From: Mobula hypostoma
Lineage: Eukaryota
NCBI RefSeq assembly: GCF_963921235.1
Contig: NC_086129.1
Location: 6,572,001 to 6,618,564 of the forward strand
Length of the DNA: 46,564 nt
Direction of reading: 5' to 3'
The translations under genes and the position numbers were made by a program. Shown here one piece after another: positions 8,243 to 21,004 of this stretch; the stretch's first letter is position 1, and each line of letters starts with the position of its first letter. The notes beneath the pieces are model-generated. The model searched no databases and had not been told where the DNA came from. It was given only the letters and a program-made list of their open reading frames with translations.

Positions 8243-11200
8243 TATAAGAACCATAAGACATAAGAGCAGAATTAGGCCATCTGGCCCATCAAGTCTTCTC
8301 CACCATTCAATCATGGCTGATGCTTTATTTTAAAATCTCCTCCTCAACCCCAGATCCTGACCTTCTCCCCATAACCTTTGATGTCATGTCTAAACAAGAA
8401 GCTGTCAATCTCTGCATTAAATACACCCAACGACCTGACACCACAGCTTCATGTGGCAACAAGTTCCACAAATTCACCACCCTTTGGCTGAAGGAATTTC
8501 TTTACATCTCTGTTTTGAAAGGGTGCCCCTCTGTTCTGAGGTTGTGCCCTCTTGTCCTGGACTCTCCCAGCATGGGAAACTTCCTTTCTATATCTACTGT
8601 GTCTAGGCCTTTCAACATTCGAAAGGTTTGAATGAGATACCCCTCATCCTTCTGAATTCCAGCGAGTACAGACCCAGAGCACTCAAACATTCCTCGTATG
8701 ATAACCCTTTCATTCCTGAAATCATCCTTGTGAACCTCCTCTAAACCCTTTCCAATGCTAGCATATTCTTTCTCAGATGAGGGAGCCAAAACATGGACTT
8801 GGGAGGCCTCAATATTCAAGGTGAGGCCTCACCAGTGCCTTATAAAGCCTCAGCATCACCTCCTCGCTCTTGTATTCTAGACCTCTTGAAATGAATGCTA
8901 ACATGGCATTTCCCTTCCTCATCACCAAACCAACTCAGCCTACAGGTTAACCTTCAGGGTGTTCTGCACAAGGACTCCCAAGTCCATGTGCAGCTCAGAT
9001 TCCTGGATTTTATCCCCGTTTAGAAAATATTCCACACGTTTATTTCTACCACCAAAGTGCCTGACCAGGTATTTTACAACATTCTATTTAATTTGCCACT
9101 TTCTTGCCCATTTTTCTAATCTGTCTAAATCCTTCTGCATCATACCTGATTCCTCAACAGTACCTGCCCCTCCACCAATCTTCATGTCATCTGCAAACTT
9201 GGAAACAAAGCCATCTATTCCATCATCTAAATTATTAATATATAAATAAAAAGAAGTGGTCCCAACATCGACCACTGTGGAACACCACTAGTCACTGAGA
9301 GCCAACCAGAAAACGATCTTTTTATTCCCACTTGCTGCCTCCTACCAATCAGCCAATGTTCCAACCATATTAGTAACTTTCCTGTAATACATAGGCTCTT
9401 AACTTGGTTAGCAGCCTCATGTGTGGCACCTTGTCAAAGGCCTTCTGAAAGTCCCAATACATAACATCCACTGCATCCCCTTTATCTATCCTACTTGTAA
9501 TCTCCTCAAAGAATTCCAACAAATTCATCAGGTAAGATTTTCCCGAAAGGAAACTATTCTGACTTTGTACTATCTTGTCCTGTGTCACCAAGTACTCCAT
9601 CAGCTCATCCTTAACAACTGACTCTAACATCTTCCCAACCACTGAGGCCAGGCTAACTGGTCTATAATTTCCTTTCTGCTGCCTTCCTCCCTTCTTAAAG
9701 AGTGGAGTAACATTTGCAATTTTCCAGTCCTCTGGCACCATGCCAGATTCCATTGATTTTTGAAAGATCATTTCTAATTCCACAACAATCTCTGATGCTC
9801 CCTCTTTCAGAACCCTAGGGTGCAGTTCCTCTGGTCCGGGGGACTTACGTACCTTTAGGTCTTTCAGCTTTTTGAGCACCTTTCTCTTGAAACAGTAACT
9901 GCACCCACTTCTCTTCCTTCACACATTACAACATCAGGCATACTGCTAGTGTCTTCCACAGTGAAAACTGACACAAAATACTCATTTAGTTCATCAGCCA
10001 TCTCCTTGTCTCCTGTTATTATTTCTCCTGCCTCATTTTCTAGCGGTCCTATATCCACTGTCATTTCTCTTTTGTTTATAACAAACTTGAGAAAACTGTT
10101 ACTATCCACTTCGTTATCATTTGCTAGTTTGTTTCAGATTTCATCTTTTCCCTTCTAATGATTTTTTAAATTGCTCTCTGTAGGGTTTTAAAACTGTTCC
10201 AATCGCCTACCTTCCCAGTAACATTTGCTTTGTTGGGAGGCCTATATATATCTGCCATCAATGTCCTTTTAACCTTGCAGTTTCTTAACTCAATCTACAA
10301 TGATTCAACATCTTCTGACTCTATGTCACATCTTTCTACTGATTTGATGCCATTCTTTACCGGTAGAGCCACATCACCCCCTCTGCCAGCCTTCCAATAT
10401 AACGTGTAAACTGGGACATTCTGCTCCCAACTATAACCATCCTTCAGCCACCATTCAGTGATGGCCACAACATCACACATGGAAATCTATAATATTGAAC
10501 AACAAGATCATCCACCTTATTTCCAGAACGAGGGGTTACAGTTTGAGGATAAAGGGGAAGCCTTTTAGGACTGAGATTAGGAAAAACTTCTTCAGACAGA
10601 GAGTGGTGAATCTGTGGAATTCTCTGCCACAGGAAACAGTTGAGGCCGGTTCATTGGCTATATTTAAGAGGGAGTTAGATATGGCCCTTGTGGCTAGGGG
10701 GATCGGGGGTATGGAGGGAAGGCTGGGCCGGGGTTCTGAGTTGGATGATCAGCCATGATCATAATAAATGGCGGTGCAGGCTCGAAGGGCCGAATGGCCT
10801 ACTCCTGCACCTATTTTCTATGTTTCTATGTTTCTATACTACGCGCATTTAGATACAACACCTTGAGTACCGTATTTGCTATCCTTCCTGATTTTGCATC
10901 CCTAATGATTTGATACTCAGCCTGTTGGCTGCAACTAAGTCCCATCACCTGCCTGCCCTTTCTGACAGTCTGACTGCACGCAATCTTCAGTTTTTTACCA
11001 ACCATCCTATTCTGAGTCCCTTCACTCCGATTCCCACCCCGCCCTGCCAAGTTAGTTTACACCCTCCCCAACAGCTCTAACAAACCTGCCCGTGATAATA
11101 TTGCTCCCCCTCGGCTGCAGGTGCAACCTGTCACTTTTGAACAGGTCGTTCCCTCAGAAGAGATCCCAGGTATTGAAGAACCTGAAGCCCTGCCCCTTGC

Positions 11201-11575
11201 ACCAGCTTCTCAGCCATGTACTGTATTTATCTGCCAAATCATTCTGTTTTTACCCTCACTGGCGTGTGGCACAGGGAACAATCCAGAAATTACTACCCAG
11301 GAGTTCCTGCTTCTCAGCTTTCTACCTAGCTCTTGAAATTCTCTTTTCAGGACCTCATTGCTTTTTCTTCCTATGTCATTGGTACCAATATGTGTCCAGA
11401 CATCTGGCTGCTCCCCCTCCCTCTCCACTGTGTTGTGGATGTGATCTGAGACATCCCTGACCCTGGCACCTGGGAGGCAACATACCATCGGGGTGTCCTG
11501 CTCACATCCACAGAATCTCCTGTCTGTTCCCCTCACTGTCGAATCCCCTATCACTACCGGTCTCTCCTTCTGTCT
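8243..11575 (-). mobile_element. CR1 LINE with internal deletions (ORF1 SGNH esterase, ORF2 EN/RT remnants)
   Basis: ORF1 IGDSTVRG..HIGTND; ORF2 LYLNARSI, KSPGP..WKIANVTPLFKKG..NYRPVSL, DFQKAFDKVPH, KFADD; short-repeat 3' tail at ~8245-8262; multiple stops and frameshifts. Confidence 0.92.
10524..10837 (+). mobile_element. Young 5'-truncated CR1 nested in the minus-strand CR1
   Basis: RTRGYSLRIKGKPFRTEIRKNFFRQRVVNLWNSLP; ends in (TTTCTATG)n; host sequence resumes immediately. Confidence 0.88.
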
Positions 11576-11589
11576 CTTTTCCCCTCAGT

Positions 11590-13790
11590 CAACCCTTTTA
11601 TTTCTGAAACCACAGTGCATGACCATACACTTGCCAACACTGTATGCCATCTGCCACTTCACTGCTCATTCTCCTGATCTGTCTTAAGTCTTTCTGTAGC
11701 CCTTCTGTTTTCTCAGAACTTCCTGCCCCACCACCTGTCTTTGTATCGTCTGCAAACTTTGCTGCAAAGCCGTCAATTCTATCATCCAAATCATTGACAT
11801 GTAACGTAAAAAGAATTGGCCCAACAGAGAACCCCGTGGAACACCACTAGTCTCCGGCAGCCGACCAGAAAAGGCTCCCTTCATTCCCACTCTGCCTTCC
11901 ACCAGTCAGCCTCTGCTCTTTCCATGCTAGAATCTTTCTGTAATACCATGGTCTCATACCTTGCTAAGCAGCCTTGTGTGAGGCACCTTGTCAACACATT
12001 AACCGATTCTCCTTTGTTTATTCTGCTTGTTATTTCTTCAATGCATTCCAGCAAATTTGACAGGCAAGATTTTATCTTGAGGAAACCATGTTGACTACAT
12101 CATATTGTACCATTTGCCTCCAAGTACCCTGAAAGCACATCCTTAGCAATCGACTCCAATGTCTTCCCAACGACCGACATCAGATTAAATGGCCTATTAA
12201 ATTTCCTTTCTTTTGCCTTTGTCCCTTCTTGAAGAGTGGAGTGACATTTGCAATTTTCCAATCTTCGGGAACTATTCCAGAATCTAGCGATTCTTGAAAG
12301 ATCATTACAAATGTCTCCACAGTCTCTTCAGCCACCTCTTTCAGAACCCTGGGGCGTACACCATCTGATCCAGGAGACTTATCTACCCTCAGTTTATCAA
12401 GAACCTTCTCCCTACTGATGGTTATTTTACACACTTCATGACCCTTGACACCAGCAACTTCCACCATTCTGTTAGTGTCTTCCACGGTGAAGGCTGATGC
12501 AAAATACTTATTCAGTTCATTAGCCATTTCCTTCTTCCCAATTACTAACTCTCCAGCATCGTTTTCCAGCGGGCTGATATCCCCTCTCAGTTCTCTTTTA
12601 CACTTTATGAATCTTTGGTATCCTCTTGAATACTATTGGCTAGTTTACTTTCATATTTCATCTTTACTTCTTTAATGAATTTTTAGTTGCCTTCATCAGT
12701 TGGTGTTTAAGACTTTCCCAACTCACTCATGTATGCATTTCAAAATGACAATAAAAGAGGACTGAATGTTCTCATAAACTAAAAAAAAAAAAAAAAAAAA
12801 ATCCACTCTGTTATATACCCTCGCTTTGGTTTTTATGTTGGCTTTGAATTCTCTTGGCAGACATGGTTGTGTCAGCTCACCTTTAGAATACTTCTTCTTT
12901 GGTGTGTATATGTCCTGTGCGTTCCCAATTGCTTCCAGAGGTTCCAGCCATTGCTGCTCTGCCGTCCTCCCTGCCAGTGTTCTTTTCCAATCAGTTCAGG
13001 CCAACTCCTCTCTCATGCCTCTGTAATTCCTTTTACACCACTGTAATACTGATACATCTGATTTTACCTTCTCCTCAAATTTCAGGGTGAATTCAATCAC
13101 ATTTTACCATAAGGATTTTTTTTTTACCTTAAGCTCTCTAATCAATTCCAGGATTCATTGCAGAATACCTCTCGTGGGCTCAGCCACAATGAACCATCTC
13201 GAGGGTATTCTAGAAATTCCCCCTATTTGAAACTAGCAGCAACCTAATTTTCCCAGTCTGCCTGCATATTGAAATCCGCCATGACTATTGTAACTTTGCC
13301 CTTTTGGCATACATTTTCTACTTCGCACTGGAATTTGTAGACTACATCCTTACTACTGTTTGGTGGTCTGTACATAACCCCCATTAGGGTCTTTTTACCC
13401 TTGCAATGTCTCAGATCTCTCCACAATGATTCAACACCTTCCGAGCCATTTTCACCTTTCTAATGATTGAATTTCCTTGTTGACCAACAGAGCCACGCCA
13501 CCTTTCTCTGCCTTGCTGCCTGTCCTTTCAATGCAATGAGTGTCCTTGGACAGAACCAGCTATAGTCTGCTTTCAGCCATGATTCAGTGATCCCTGCCAA
13601 TCTGTAACTGTGCTACAATTCATCCACCTTCCTCTGTATACTGCACATATTCAAATATAACACCTTCAGTCCTGTAGTCACCTTTTTCTATTCTGTCCAC
13701 CTTTTACATTGGCAACTCCTCCTGTTGATCGTAATGTTGCCCTGTCATCAGCCTCTCCTCGCCAGGAGTCTCACTACACTTTGCCTCTTT
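11590..13790 (-). mobile_element. CR1 LINE ORF2 fragment (EN to RT)
   Basis: GVMYRPPNS, KSPGSDGVRPRVLKE, WKIANVTPLFKKG, KFADDTK fragments. Confidence 0.88.
12720..12801 (+). mobile_element. Very short polyadenylated retro-insertion
   Basis: AATAAA at 12750-12755 followed by A21 at 12781-12801, interrupting CR1 sequence. Confidence 0.6.
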
Positions 13791-14499
13791 TTATCCCAAT
13801 AAAATTATATGTTCAAAGTTTATTAAGGCTTCCCAAAGTTTGATCTTCTTTTATCATTAATAGCTTTGACTTGATGTTTTCAGATCTATTTGCTAACTTT
13901 TAATTACTTTGTGACGAGCTGCATTTTTATCTGACTGCATTGTTTACAGTTTAATAAACAACAATTGACTTTGGTTCCTGCTTAGTTCTCCACTGCCTGA
14001 CAACATGCAAGCACAAATACAAATGAGAAGCAGGAGTGAAACACTTGGGTCTTCTCTGTCAGTTATTAACATTAATGGTGATCCAGATGTGACCTCAATT
14101 CTCCATTCTCTATGGCTCTGTTGCTTGTGGAGAATCTAATTTTGGCTTAAAGTTACTCAAAGACTGCTTCGAAGATCCTTGAAGGAAGAAAGTCCCAAGG
14201 ACTAATAACCCTCCGAGAGAAGAAAAACACATTGTCTAATCTGTTTGAAATGAATAACCCTCATAGAGTAACTGGAGTGATGGAATGTAATGTCATTTCC
14301 ACATTTACTCTGCCATCTCCTCTTGCTCTTCTAAATCCAAAAGAAGCAAGACTAGATTGTCCAGCATTCCCCATAAGACAATCTGCCTGTTCCATTCAAT
14401 ATCCCAGTAACCCTACTCTGAACTACTTCTAATAAAAGGAAAAAATGCAGTACACAGGGAAGATGAAAGAAAGATGAGCTTTATTTTTCACAGGTATAT

Positions 14500-14790
14500 C
14501 GGAATATTGAATGACAATGAATCGTACTGTTTGTGTCAATGACCAACACAGCCTGAAGATGTGCTGTGGGCACCGAACAAGTGTTGCCATGTTTCCAGTG
14601 CCAACATAACATGCCCACAACTTACTAACCCGGACCCGTTTGTCTTTCGGAATGTGGGAGGAAACTGGAGCATTCAGAGGAAACGCAGGTCCTCATGGGG
14701 AGAACAGCGGCAGGAATTGAATCTCGGTCTTCCGATTGCTGGGGCTGTGAAGTGTGAAGTTAACTGCTACATTACCATGTCCCCTGGATT
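14500..14790 (-). mobile_element. V-SINE-like SINE
   Basis: gtgggaggaaactggagcattcagaggaaac is the reverse complement of the GGTTTCCTC..GGTTTCCTCCCAC core at 41643-41673. Confidence 0.65.
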
Positions 14791-15014
14791 GCATCCTTCT
14801 CTTTGCAATAGTCTCCGACAAAACCAAGGTATACTTAAACACTGGGAACACAATTAACATTTCAGAATAGATGTCACCTTGTTGCTATGAAAGCTTATTT
14901 TGCCCTTTGCAATGAGTTTTTTTTTGCTCAAACCTTAACTCATGCCTTGCTTATCACTGAGTTTGACTGCCCCAATGTTTTTCCTGGGTGGACATTGTTC
15001 TTTCGTTTTGTGTG

Positions 15015-15305
15015 AAAGAACATCAGTGAGTTCACACCGGAGAGAAGCCCAGTTCAGCTGCTCAGACCGTGGGAAGGGGTTCAGACACTTATTCAGTCTG
15101 AGGAATCATCAGTGAGTTCTCACTGGGGAGAAGCTGTTCGCCTGTTCTATTTGTCGGGAGGCATTCATTCAATCATCCCACCTACTGGCACACCAGTCAG
15201 TTCACACTGGGCAGAGGCTGCTCACCTGATCTGAATGTGGGAAGAGATTCACTCGGTCATCCAACCTTGTCTTGCACAACCGGGTTCACACTGGGGAGAC
15301 ATTTT
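15015..15305 (+). pseudogene. Decayed C2H2 zinc-finger array (3-4 fingers)
   Basis: Repeated gttcacactggggaga / tgctcagac.gtgggaagg units with in-frame stops and lost cysteines. Confidence 0.8.
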
Positions 15306-15454
15306 CAATCAGCTGCATGCTGGATATTTCTCCATCTCAGTTGCTGAGTCCAGAGGAAAGTTCAAAACTGACTGTCGGTGCCGAACTCAGCAAATATTGC
15401 TGCTGTTCATCAAACTCAGCAACTTATTGAAACTTATTGGCCAGTGTGAGCTCG

Positions 15455-15750
15455 GTAGTGACTCACAAGGGTGGATGACTGAATCCCGTCCCACAGTCTG
15501 AGCAGGTGAAAGGTCTCTCCCCAGTGTGAACTGACTGGTGTACCAATACTGGTGAGATGATCGAGTGAATCACGAATGGAACAGGTGAATGGCTTCTCTC
15601 CGGTGTAAACTCACTGGTGTCTCTGTATGCTGGATGACCGAGTGAATCCCCTACAACAGTGGGAGCAGGTGAATGGTGTCTGCCCAGTGTGAACTTGCTG
15701 AAGAGGCAGCAGATCAGACGACCGAGTGAATCGCTGCAGACTGACAAAGA
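15455..15750 (-). pseudogene. Decayed C2H2 zinc-finger array, opposite strand
   Basis: [22 protein letters not shown] in ORF 15463-15747 plus frameshifted fingers with deletions. Confidence 0.8.
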
Positions 15751-15849
15751 CTAAGGGGTGAGAATTCAGTCTGACAGAGACAGGGGATGATATCTTCAGT
15801 TCAGCAGAGACTGGGAGAGCAAACCACTCGCTGACCCGTTGATGGTCTC

Positions 15850-16255
15850 ATTCCCAGTCTCTCCCCGACTGAAGATCCCATCCCCAGTCTCTCCCGGACT
15901 GATGGTCCCATCCCCCATCTCTCCCGGACTGAAGGTCCCGTCCCCCGTCTCTCCCGGACTGAAGGTCCTGTCCCCCGTCTCTCCCGGACTGAAGGTCCTG
16001 TCCCCCGTCTCTCCCAGACTGAAGGTCCCGTCACCAGTCTCCCCCGGACTAAAGATGTCATCCCCTGTCTCTCCCGGATTGACGGTCCGATCCGCGGTCT
16101 CTCCCGGACTGACGGTCCGATCCCCGGTCTCTCCCGGACTGAAGGTCTCACACCCAGTGTATTCTGGACTGCTGTTCTCACACCAGGTCTCTTCTGGACT
16201 GAAGGTCCCGACGCACTCTGTCCCAGATTGAAGACCCCATGACCAGTCTCTCCCA
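15850..16255. repeat. 30-bp minisatellite, about 13 units
   Basis: Unit ~TCCCCCGTCTCTCCCGGACTGAAGGTCCCG recurs at a 30-bp period. Confidence 0.92.
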
Positions 16256-16544
16256 GGTCTCATCCCTGCTGCATTTTCCAACAATTTCTGTTTTTATTTC
16301 ACCATGACTATCTGGGCCCAGGTCATGTGGTAGGGGGGTTCAGACAGCCATTGCAGAACGATGGAGCTGAGTGGCTCAGCAGGAGGACTGGCTAAGCTCC
16401 AGTTATCAGCATGGGACGGTGGGGCAGAATGGCCTGGACCACAGCCTTACCGATGTGATTCCAGTTCCCACTAAATCCCTCCCAGAGTGTTTCCATTTTT
16501 CCCATGGATGGCCGACGTAGATGTGATGGTGATGGTCCCGACTC

Positions 16545-16965
16545 ATGTACAGTCAATGGGGGAGGTTTCTCACAGGGTCGCCTGGTCGTCCCAGCACATC
16601 CATGGCCATTAGCAGAGGTTTCTCACAGGGGAGGGTGATGGATCCAATCCATGCATGGAGAATGGGGGAGGTTTCTCACAGGGGAGTTGGTGATCCCAGC
16701 ACATCCACTGGCAATGGAGGAGGTTTCTCACAGCGGGGGGTGGTGGATCCAGTCCATGCATGGACAATGGGGGAGGTTTCTCACAGTGGAGGTTGGTGAT
16801 CCTAATAGATCGATGGCTGATGACAGTGGTTTCTCACAGGGGAGGGGGCTGTCCCACCACATCCATTGCACATGGGGGAGATGCCTCACAAAAGAGGGAT
16901 GTGGGCCCTGACCATCCACGGCCGATGTAATGAGGTTCCTCAACAGTGGATGGGGGAGGTTTCAC
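16545..16965. repeat. ~53-bp minisatellite with dimeric (~106-bp) higher order, about 8 units
   Basis: GTTTCTCACA at 16565, 16618, 16671, 16723, 16776, 16829; alternate units share GATCCA.TCCATGCATGGA.AATGGGGGAG. Confidence 0.85.
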
Positions 16966-16999
16966 TGCACACTCTTAATTAGTCAAAGCTTGCAGCTTA

Positions 17000-17100
17000 T
17001 TGCAACACACAGAAATGCTGGAGGAACTCAGCAGGGCAGCACATGCACGGAAAAGAGAAAACAATTGATATTTTGGGTTGAGACCCTTCTTCAGCACTTC
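17000..17100 (-). mobile_element. Penelope terminal-repeat fragment with decayed hammerhead
   Basis: aacacacagaaatgctggaggaactcagca..ttttgggttgagacccttcttcagcact. Confidence 0.65.
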
Positions 17101-17269
17101 CCTGTCTCTGTACAAACAAAAATGTAACTACTTAGGCCAATAATGTATAAAATGTTTGATAAAAAACAGTAATAATTACAGTATTCAAAACCAACAGTCA
17201 CTTTTGAACGTCACTCTGCATTCAGCAACTGTGAAGGTTAAATATCCAGCAGGCTTCTTATTTCAAACA

Positions 17270-18870
17270 GGAGACAATCTGCAGATGCTGCAAATCCAAG
17301 TACACACACAGAATGCTGGAGAAACTCAGCACTCCGGGCAGCGTTTATGGAAGAGTACAGTCGACGCTTCAGGCCGAGACCCTTCAGCAGGACTGAAGGA
17401 AAATGATGAGGGGTCAGTGTTAGAGGGTGTGGGGAGAGGAGGGAGAAACACAAAGTCAGGGGTGAAACTGGGAGGGGAGATGCAAAGAGTTAGGAAGTTG
17501 ACTGGTGAACGAGATACCGGGTTGGAGGTTGGGGAATCCAATAGGAGAGGACAGGCCATGGAAGAAAGACAAGGTGGAGGAGCAGCAGACGGAGGTGATG
17601 TACAGGCGAGATAAGGGGAGAAAGGGAAAAGGGGATGGGCAATAGAGGTGGGGCCGGGGCATAACCGGAAGTTCAAATAAATCGACATTCATGACCTCAG
17701 GTTGGAGGCGACCCGGACGGAATATAAAGTGTTGTTCCTCCAGTCTGGGTGTGGCCTCATTGCAGTAGTGGTGTGTGTGGGGGGGGGGGGGCGGGGGGGT
17801 GCATGGGTTGACGTCAGAATGCGAATGGGAAGTGGAATTAAAATTGGTGTCACAGGGAGATCCTGCTTTTTCTGGCAGATGGAGTGCAGGTGCTTGGCTA
17901 AGCAGTCGTGTCTCACCGATATACACGAGGTCTCGCCGGGAATGGAGATACGGCAGATAACCCCCGACGGGCTGACAGGTGAAGTGACGTGAGGGGGCAG
18001 GTGGGGCACTTGTTCCACTTGCATGGATAAGTGCCAGGAGGGAGATCAGTGGGGAGGGGCTAATGGACAAGGGACTCATATGGAGTGATGCCAATGGAAA
18101 GCGGAAAGCTGGACGGGGGTGGGAGGGAAAGAGATGCTTGCTGGTGGGATCCCATTGGAGATGGTGGAATTTACAGGGAATTATGTGGTGGACACACAGG
18201 CTGGTGAGGACAGGAGGAACCCTATCCATGGTGGGATGACGGGAGAATGGGCTGAGAGCAGACGTGTGTGAAATGGAAGAGATGCGGTGGAGGGCTGTGT
18301 TGATGGGAGAGGAAGGGAAGCACCTTTCTTTGAAAAAGGAGGTCATCGTCTTCATTCTGGAATGAAAAGCCTCACCCTGGGGACAGATGCAGCGGAGATG
18401 GAGGAATTGAGTGAAGAGGGAGGTATTTTTACAAATAACAGAGTTGGAAGAGGTATTGTCCAGGTAGCTGTGACAGTCAGTGACATCAATGGATAAACTG
18501 TCTCCAGAGATAAAGACGGAGAGATTGAGAAACGGGAGAGAGGTGTTGGAAATGGACTAGGCAAAGTTAAGGTTGGGGTGGAAGTTGGAGGCAAAGTCGA
18601 TGAAGTCGACTGGTTTGGCATTGGTGCAGGCAGCAGTGCCAGTGGAGTAGGAAAAGTGAGGGAGTGACATCTGTTTAGGCTTGGAACAGACTGTTCCACA
18701 TAGCTGACAAACAGACAGGCATAGCTGGGACACATGTGAGAACCCATGGATACACCTTTTGTTTGAAGGAAGTGGAAGGAGCCAAAGGAGTAATAATTGA
18801 CAGTGAGGACTGGTTCCGCAAGAGGGAAGAGAGTGGTGTTGGAGGGTATTTTGTGTCCAGAAAGAAATGT
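17270..18870 (-). mobile_element. Penelope-like retroelement (decayed RT + GIY-YIG + terminal repeat)
   Basis: HFLQTKGVSMGSHMCPSYACLFVSYVEQ (PLE RT), LVYIGETR, RLEEQHFIFR; hammerhead-like motif at 17358-17395 with core substitutions (CUGCUGA..GAAG). Confidence 0.88.
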
Positions 18871-18874
18871 TCCT

Positions 18875-20990
18875 CCATAATCCATATTCCGGCTGCTGTT
18901 TGGACCCTGTATCTAACTGCCATTAGGGTCCTTTTACCCTTACCATTTCTTAATTCAAAGCATTGAGATTCTCCACCTTCTGATCCTATGTTATCCCTTT
19001 TAATGATTTAATATTATTTCTTGTACACAGAACCACGCCACCCCCTTTGCCTACTCACCTATCTTTCCGATACACCCTATATCCTTGTACGTTCAGCTCC
19101 TAATGGCAGGCATCCTTTATCCAAGTTTCAGAGATGGCCACATATTTGCCAATTTGTAGCTGAATTTCAAGATCATCCATTTTATTTTTATGCTCCGTGC
19201 ATTCAAATGTAAGGGGTTTCTTCTCTTATGTTACTGCGTAGGCTAATTACAATGATTCTTTTTTATGTTATAATTGAAATGGCTTCTTTGTTATATTATC
19301 TGCTGAGAATGTCCTCCCGCTAGTAGTTTGGTTGGATAATGTTATTGATCAGAGGATGTTACGAACCAATTGGGATAGATGTTATTCTTTCTGTGTGTCT
19401 GTAAGTTATTGTGATGCGCGGGTTTTGGGGCAGAAAGCGCAAGAGAGAGAGTGAGGATGGACAAGGTGCTGTGAGTCAGTTAACGGGGTCGGACCCCGAT
19501 CAGGAGTCCGAGGTCCGTGGTGTTCGGCGAGGAGAGGAGACGGAGACGGACTCGTGTGGAGCGTCTGGTCGATCACCGTTTTTGGTCGCAGGCGGCAGGT
19601 CGAGGTGGTCCGAGGGGATCGCAGGGTGAAGGAAGAGGGTCCTGAGCTCCAACTGTTTGTGCACGAAGAGATAGAGCTTTGATAAGTGTGGCGCCTTTTA
19701 TTTTCCTTTTATATTTTATTCTCTATTAAAATATGATTCTAGTAATATCTATAAACTGTAGTTCATTTAATTGTATCTGGTGTATTGTCTGTTATTTGGG
19801 CGGGGTGGGGTACATCACACAGCATCCACACAAACTAATTACCCAGTTTGGCGGGGCCGAGGGTTGTTTCCCTAGACGACAGCGAGCTGAGCGACCCTGA
19901 GGCTTGCCAGGGGGCTAGACAAATATTACACTTTCAGTCCAGTATTTGTTGCTTTCTGTTTTAACTGCACCATGTCATTATTGCCCTTCAACTCATCTAC
20001 CCTGTGGTTATGCCTCATCTCCTGCCCGATCTTTCGATTATCTCTGTGGCACGCTATCTTTGATTTATTTCTGTTTTCCCCTTCCACAACCCTATCACCC
20101 GGTTCCCACACCCCTACAAGATTAGTTTGAACCTTCTCTAACAGCCTATTAAAGGTGCCCGCAAGGACATTGGACCTCTTTGGGTTCAGGTGTAACCCGT
20201 TCTTTTTGTACAGGTCGGATCTCCCCCGGAAGAGGCCCCAATGATCCAGGAATCTGAAGGCCTGCCCCCTGCACCAGTCTCTCAGCCACACATTAATACG
20301 CCTGATCATGCTATTCTTGCACTCGCCAGCAGGTGGCAGAGGCAGCAATCCTGAGATTACTACCCCAGAGGTCCTGCTTTTGAGCTTCCTACCGAACTCC
20401 CTGAATTCTCTCTTCAGGACCTCTTCCCTGTTTCTACCTGTGTCATTGGGACCAACAGGTACCAAGACTTCTGGCTGTTCACCCTCTCCCTTCAGAATAC
20501 TCTGCACCCGATCCGAGACATCCCGTACCCTGGCACCTGGGATGGAACACACCATGCGGGTATCTCTATCAGGCTGACAGAACCTCCTGTCTGTTCCCCT
20601 CACTATGGGATCTCCTATGACTACCGCATTTCGCATCTTCCTCTTTCACTTCTGCACCATGGAACCAGGCTTTGTGCCAGAGACCCGATCGCCATGTTCG
20701 ACCTGTCAGGTCATCCCCTCAATCGTATTCATAACGAGAAAAATATTACTGAGGGGTATGGCCACAGGGGACCCCTCCACTACCAGAGCTCTTTCCTTCG
20801 CTCTCCTGACCGTCACCGTCTTATCTAACTCCTGCAGCCTCGGGGTGACTAACTCCCTGTAGCTCTGCTTCATCTCCTGTTCACTCTCTCCAATAAGCTG
20901 TAGGTCATCGAGCCGCGGCTCCAGATCCCTAACACGGTCTCTCAGGAGCTGCATCTCAGTGCACCTTGTGCAGATGAGGCCATCCGGGAG
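18875..20990 (-). mobile_element. CR1 LINE 5' part (ORF1 SGNH esterase, start of ORF2), split by a solo LTR
   Basis: ORF 19926-20636 VIGDPIVRG..VGPND..KNGLHLN; CTRCTEMQLLRDRV; PVAIPLSN. Confidence 0.88.
19208..19919 (+). mobile_element. Gypsy solo LTR, 4-bp TSD CAAA
   Basis: Starts TGTAAG, ends GGGGCTAGA (decayed ..TACA); CAAA at 19204-19207 and 19920-19923; shares gagtccgagg, agcatccac.caaac, ggcggggccga with the LTR at 35053-35594. Confidence 0.85.
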
Positions 20991-21004
20991 ACGGACAGTG
21001 AATG

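Noticed and set aside
16545-16965. Repeat-spacer (CRISPR-like) pattern
   Set aside because: Intervening sequences are homologous to each other; it is a minisatellite and there are no cas genes.
17358-17395. Third active hammerhead
   Set aside because: Core substitutions (CUGCUGA, GAAG) at conserved positions; likely inactive, as are copies at ~2075, ~17065 and 22618.
19926-20636. Host SGNH/GDSL esterase gene
   Set aside because: It is CR1 ORF1; catalytic motifs are mutated (GDP for GDS) and paralogous pieces occur at 11210-11554 and 38776-39330.
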